Positions 34,233 through 37,420 of a stretch of DNA of 37,420 bases are shown here, piece by piece. The stretch comes from a virus. Taxonomy: Duplodnaviria; Caudoviricetes. Position 1 is the stretch's first letter. The number at the start of each line of letters is the position of its first letter. A program made the position numbers and the translations under genes. Under the pieces are notes generated by a model. The model was not told the origin of the DNA. It saw only the letters and a list, made by a program, of their open reading frames with translations, and ran no database searches. The stretch spans positions 1 to 37,420 of IMG/VR virus record IMGVR_UViG_3300020045_010452, one strand, 5' to 3'.

Positions 34233-34631
34233 TTATACCACTTTTCTAATAATTAAAATACGCCAGATTCCGCTGGCCAGGTCAATGGTATTTCCGCTTT
34301 CATTCTGAATGCGGATTTCCACTACTCCTCTTGCTTGGATATACGCCGTGACTGTAATATCTTGCAGGTCGTACGGCGCGGAAACAATGACGAAATCTCC
34401 GAGAGTCGCGCCTCTGATACTCGTAACCTGAATTGTTGCACCAGCGCCATCCGCCAGACTTCCGGGGTTAATAGTCACCTGCTGACTGTACACGCTTTCA
34501 GTATCAATGAATCTCACCTTGCTGGCATCTGTGCCATTGTGCTGGTGATCGGTAAAAGGCGGGTCTTTTTTAAAAAGCCTTATTTGGTTTTTTAATTCGT
34601 CGATTTGCTGTTGTAATGTTTCTTCTGACAT
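34233..34631 (-). CDS. Small tail protein
   Basis: Short coiled coil, HQHNGTD, then a beta-sandwich-like GATLGDFVIVS region. Confidence 0.55.
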   Translation of the reverse strand: MSEETLQQQIDELKNQIRLFKKDPPFTDHQHNGTDASKVRFIDTESVYSQQVTINPGSLADGAGATIQVTSIRGATLGDFVIVSAPYDLQDITVTAYIQARGVVEIRIQNESGNTIDLASGIWRILIIRKVV

Positions 34632-34632
34632 A

Positions 34633-36390
34633 TTATGGGAATAATCTAATTTCTAAAAGTTCCACATCCACTGCACCAGAATTGCTATCATTCATTTCGA
34701 CCTGAAGTTGAATGTTGTCAATATCTGTCAATCCGATATTTTCGCTGGTAAAAATATAGGTGGCACTGTCGGCGGTGAAGGTGTCAATAGTGGTAAATGC
34801 GCTGGACAAATCCGGCCTCCAACCTATGCGGACTCTTCCCCCTGTAGCAGGTTTGGCAAGCACCACTTCCATTCGAGAGTATGCTCCTTTTTCTAATTTG
34901 GTAGATATTTTATATAATGGCGAGTGAACTACTGTTTCGTAATTATCGTATAAAGATAAATCGTATTGAGAGCTTGCAAAATTATCAGCTCCGCCGCTAT
35001 ATCCCATTTCGTAAAATTCATTTTTTGCAAAAAGTCCGACAACATTCGCCGATCCAGAAGAAGGTACATTGTCTATCGAAAGAGTTCCATCCTGTCTTAG
35101 TCTCCAGACCCCTGAATTTCCGCTTGTAGCTGTTAATACTCCAAATAATAAATCACCATTGACCGAAGCGATACCGCCCCATGTAATTGGGTTAGATTGA
35201 ATCGCTCCGGCGTTATTCGTGGCGTAATTTGGAAGTTTGGCAAAATGTTTTATGTATGTCCCTTGGCTGGTGTAAATATTGCCCCACGAGCCCGCGAGAA
35301 TATAAATCGTTTCGCCAATATTTTTCATTCTCTTAATACTATATTCCGGACAGGTAATCGGAACTTCGAACGAATCGCTTATTGTATCCCATGGATAAAT
35401 TTTATTAAATGTATTTCCCCCAACAAGCAAAGTCTGCCCTTTTTCTTCGAGACATTGCGCTATTTCGTAAGCTGGCAAATCAAGGGCTTGATTGTTAAAA
35501 GTGAACGTTCCGGCTGTCGCTGGAACAAATACTTCCCCGGCATTTTCAATAATACTTCCGACATAGCGATCGTCGCAAAAATATATCGCATCATTTTGAG
35601 ATTTAATTGCGTGGTGACTATTTGCGGAGGATGCTCCGCTGTTCATGCTTTTCCAAGCATTGCTCCATCCAAGGGCTTCTATGGCAGTGGCTCCGAAGAC
35701 ATCTATCACGTCTATGAGGGTATTTCTGAATACGAATAAGAATGTTTGAGTTGTACTTGAGAACGGAGTTATCACGATACCTTGACCGCTCGCATTGGTC
35801 ACATTGGCTGCACCGGTATCGATTGCGGAATTGTGAAGAAGAAATGCTCTTGTTGATCCTGGAACGAACCATACACGACCATTCGAACTAAGCATATATC
35901 TATAGTTTGCATTCCTCGGATCTTCGATGATCCAGTTTATTGTCCCGATCGGCACTTGGTGCATGGTATGAACTCCGGTACCGGCTCCCGTGATATCGAT
36001 AGCTGTACCGGCTGCTGAACCTGCGCTATTTTTATAACTCGTTGCTATTTTAAATGTCTTTGTTGTTACCTGTATCAAAAAGTATATGGTATTTATCGCG
36101 AGTCCAGCCGGAAGAGCATTGGTGGTGGTAAAATATACCGCAGCGCCGGTAAAATTTATTCCGTTAGTTTCAATGTTCGAAGCAGTCGTGCATACATCAG
36201 TTCCTGCATCAGCGGAAAATGCTTGCTCGAGTATGGCGTGAAAATATGTTCCGGGTTTTTTATTCACCTTGACCGCGCCGGGGAAGCTCTGCAAATCCGC
36301 ATTGCGAAACAAACCGAAGCCTTTGTGAGGCGATGCGGCCATTCCTTGATCCCAGTCTTTTATTATTAGTGGTATTTGTTTTGAGCTCAT
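34633..36390 (-). CDS. Tail tubular B / P22 gp10-like stabilisation protein
   Basis: About 585 aa, beta-propeller-like composition; start MSSKQIP overlaps the upstream stop (ATGA). Confidence 0.6.
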   Translation of the reverse strand: MSSKQIPLIIKDWDQGMAASPHKGFGLFRNADLQSFPGAVKVNKKPGTYFHAILEQAFSADAGTDVCTTASNIETNGINFTGAAVYFTTTNALPAGLAINTIYFLIQVTTKTFKIATSYKNSAGSAAGTAIDITGAGTGVHTMHQVPIGTINWIIEDPRNANYRYMLSSNGRVWFVPGSTRAFLLHNSAIDTGAANVTNASGQGIVITPFSSTTQTFLFVFRNTLIDVIDVFGATAIEALGWSNAWKSMNSGASSANSHHAIKSQNDAIYFCDDRYVGSIIENAGEVFVPATAGTFTFNNQALDLPAYEIAQCLEEKGQTLLVGGNTFNKIYPWDTISDSFEVPITCPEYSIKRMKNIGETIYILAGSWGNIYTSQGTYIKHFAKLPNYATNNAGAIQSNPITWGGIASVNGDLLFGVLTATSGNSGVWRLRQDGTLSIDNVPSSGSANVVGLFAKNEFYEMGYSGGADNFASSQYDLSLYDNYETVVHSPLYKISTKLEKGAYSRMEVVLAKPATGGRVRIGWRPDLSSAFTTIDTFTADSATYIFTSENIGLTDIDNIQLQVEMNDSNSGAVDVELLEIRLFP

Positions 36391-36671
36391 AGATATTTTG
36401 TAATTAGATAATTCATAATAGGGACGACTATCAGTAAGCTTCCGGCGATATAATTTCTCCATCTATTCAAAGAAGATATTTGACCGTCTATTTTACCGAG
36501 GTGGTCAACTGTGTTCTGGTGTAATTTATCCATCTCTTTTTTTTCCGCTTTATCGCATTCCAGTTTTTCAACTTTTCCCACCAAGGTGTTATTCAAAGAG
36601 GCTACATCCATTATGACGCGTTCCAATTTTACTTTTATCTCTATTAAAATGTCGTGGTCGATTTCTTCCAT
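36387..36671 (-). CDS. Coiled-coil protein with a C-terminal TM segment
   Basis: DHDILIEI...WRNYIAGSLLIVVPIM. Confidence 0.65.
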   Translation of the reverse strand: MEEIDHDILIEIKVKLERVIMDVASLNNTLVGKVEKLECDKAEKKEMDKLHQNTVDHLGKIDGQISSLNRWRNYIAGSLLIVVPIMNYLITKYL

Positions 36672-36675
36672 TTTT

Positions 36676-37420
36676 TTAAACCATTAAATATAAAAATCCT
36701 GCTTGTGCCGGTGCTGATGTCGTATAAGTCACCACTAGCTTGGGTTTGTTAGAGCCGTAGTCGGAAAAATAACCAGTTAATCTTGAATAAACATCATAAT
36801 CCTGCCATGTAGGAGCAGAAGCTGCTACATCGTAATTTGCATTTCTGGCACCAAATTTCGAAACTCCAGTTTTGTCAATATTACTAATCCCAGTCGCATT
36901 AAAAGTAAAATCATTATACCCTATCGTCGACCACCCTGCATAAGTTATAGCCGTGTCACATTGTGCAGTTGTGCCAAAATTATCAAAATCAGTCGTTACT
37001 AAGTTTGTGTTAGAAGCAGGCGTTGATGTATAAATATTTATATTAGGAGAAGCTCCTAATGTATTTACTTTAGCTGTTCCATAAATTGATAAAACAGAGG
37101 CAGATATTGTTGCTCCATCATCTATTACAGAAGTGTCAAATAAAAACATTGAACGATTAAGAGATGTCCAGTAATTACCATCTCCTGCCCAAGCAGTAAT
37201 TTCAATAATACCATAAGCTATGGCTACGGAAGGATATGCAAACTGACAATTTGTAGAACCAACAAGTTGAGCCCAAGTTAATCCTCCTTCAGACCTACAA
37301 AGAACCCCATCTACACTTGTCGTTTCAGGGTCAGCATCAGGATAAATAGGATCTAATGTCGAAAATCCAAAACTTAACTGAGGCACAAACCTATCTGCAA
37401 AAAATTCATCCCAATAATGC
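36676..37420 (-). CDS. 3' part of the junction-spanning virion protein
   Basis: RSMFLFDTS.I...ATISASVLSIY...KPKLVVTY beta-sandwich (DNRLRE-like); open to the window end and in frame with 1..534. Confidence 0.8.
   Translation of the reverse strand, partial: HYWDEFFADRFVPQLSFGFSTLDPIYPDADPETTSVDGVLCRSEGGLTWAQLVGSTNCQFAYPSVAIAYGIIEITAWAGDGNYWTSLNRSMFLFDTSVIDDGATISASVLSIYGTAKVNTLGASPNINIYTSTPASNTNLVTTDFDNFGTTAQCDTAITYAGWSTIGYNDFTFNATGISNIDKTGVSKFGARNANYDVAASAPTWQDYDVYSRLTGYFSDYGSNKPKLVVTYTTSAPAQAGFLYLMV
37300..37420. repeat. Terminal direct repeat, right copy
   Basis: Identical to 1-121. Confidence 0.97.

Noticed and set aside
280-35739. Plus-strand ORFs in the ORF track
   Set aside because: Nearly all are antisense shadows of well-supported minus-strand genes or RNA elements, with no recognisable motifs.

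Overview
The window looks like a complete ~37.3 kb circular or circularly permuted tailed-phage genome. Bases 1-121 are identical to 37300-37420, and one gene reads in frame across that junction. Essentially all genes are on the minus strand. In transcription order it carries: an early recombination/replication block (RecT/Bet, PD-(D/E)XK nuclease, SSB-like protein, HTH replication initiator with internal iterons, RusA, NinB-like); accessory genes including an Acb2/Tad1-like helical hairpin protein and a KGG-like peptide; a groES-X-groEL chaperonin cassette; two DNA methyltransferases; small and gpA-like large terminase; portal, scaffold and major capsid; a free-standing HNH endonuclease; decoration and fibre proteins; podovirus-type tail and ejection proteins; and an M23 peptidase / lytic transglycosylase / holin lysis block. 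I see no integrase, CI-like repressor, polymerase or helicase. Most start codons have A/T-rich leaders without a Shine-Dalgarno, which weakly suggests a Patescibacteria (CPR)-like host (inference). The non-coding layer is the most unusual part: four sigma70 promoters share a quasi-palindromic CCRACRGCTTGG box in the spacer, there is a tRNA-like RNA whose anticodon arm is replaced by a long hairpin, a degenerate CAT tRNA, several stem-closed intergenic RNAs, an H-type pseudoknot at the scaffold start, and a possible -1 slippery site at the start of the transglycosylase. All protein family calls come from motif recognition by eye; no database search was run.
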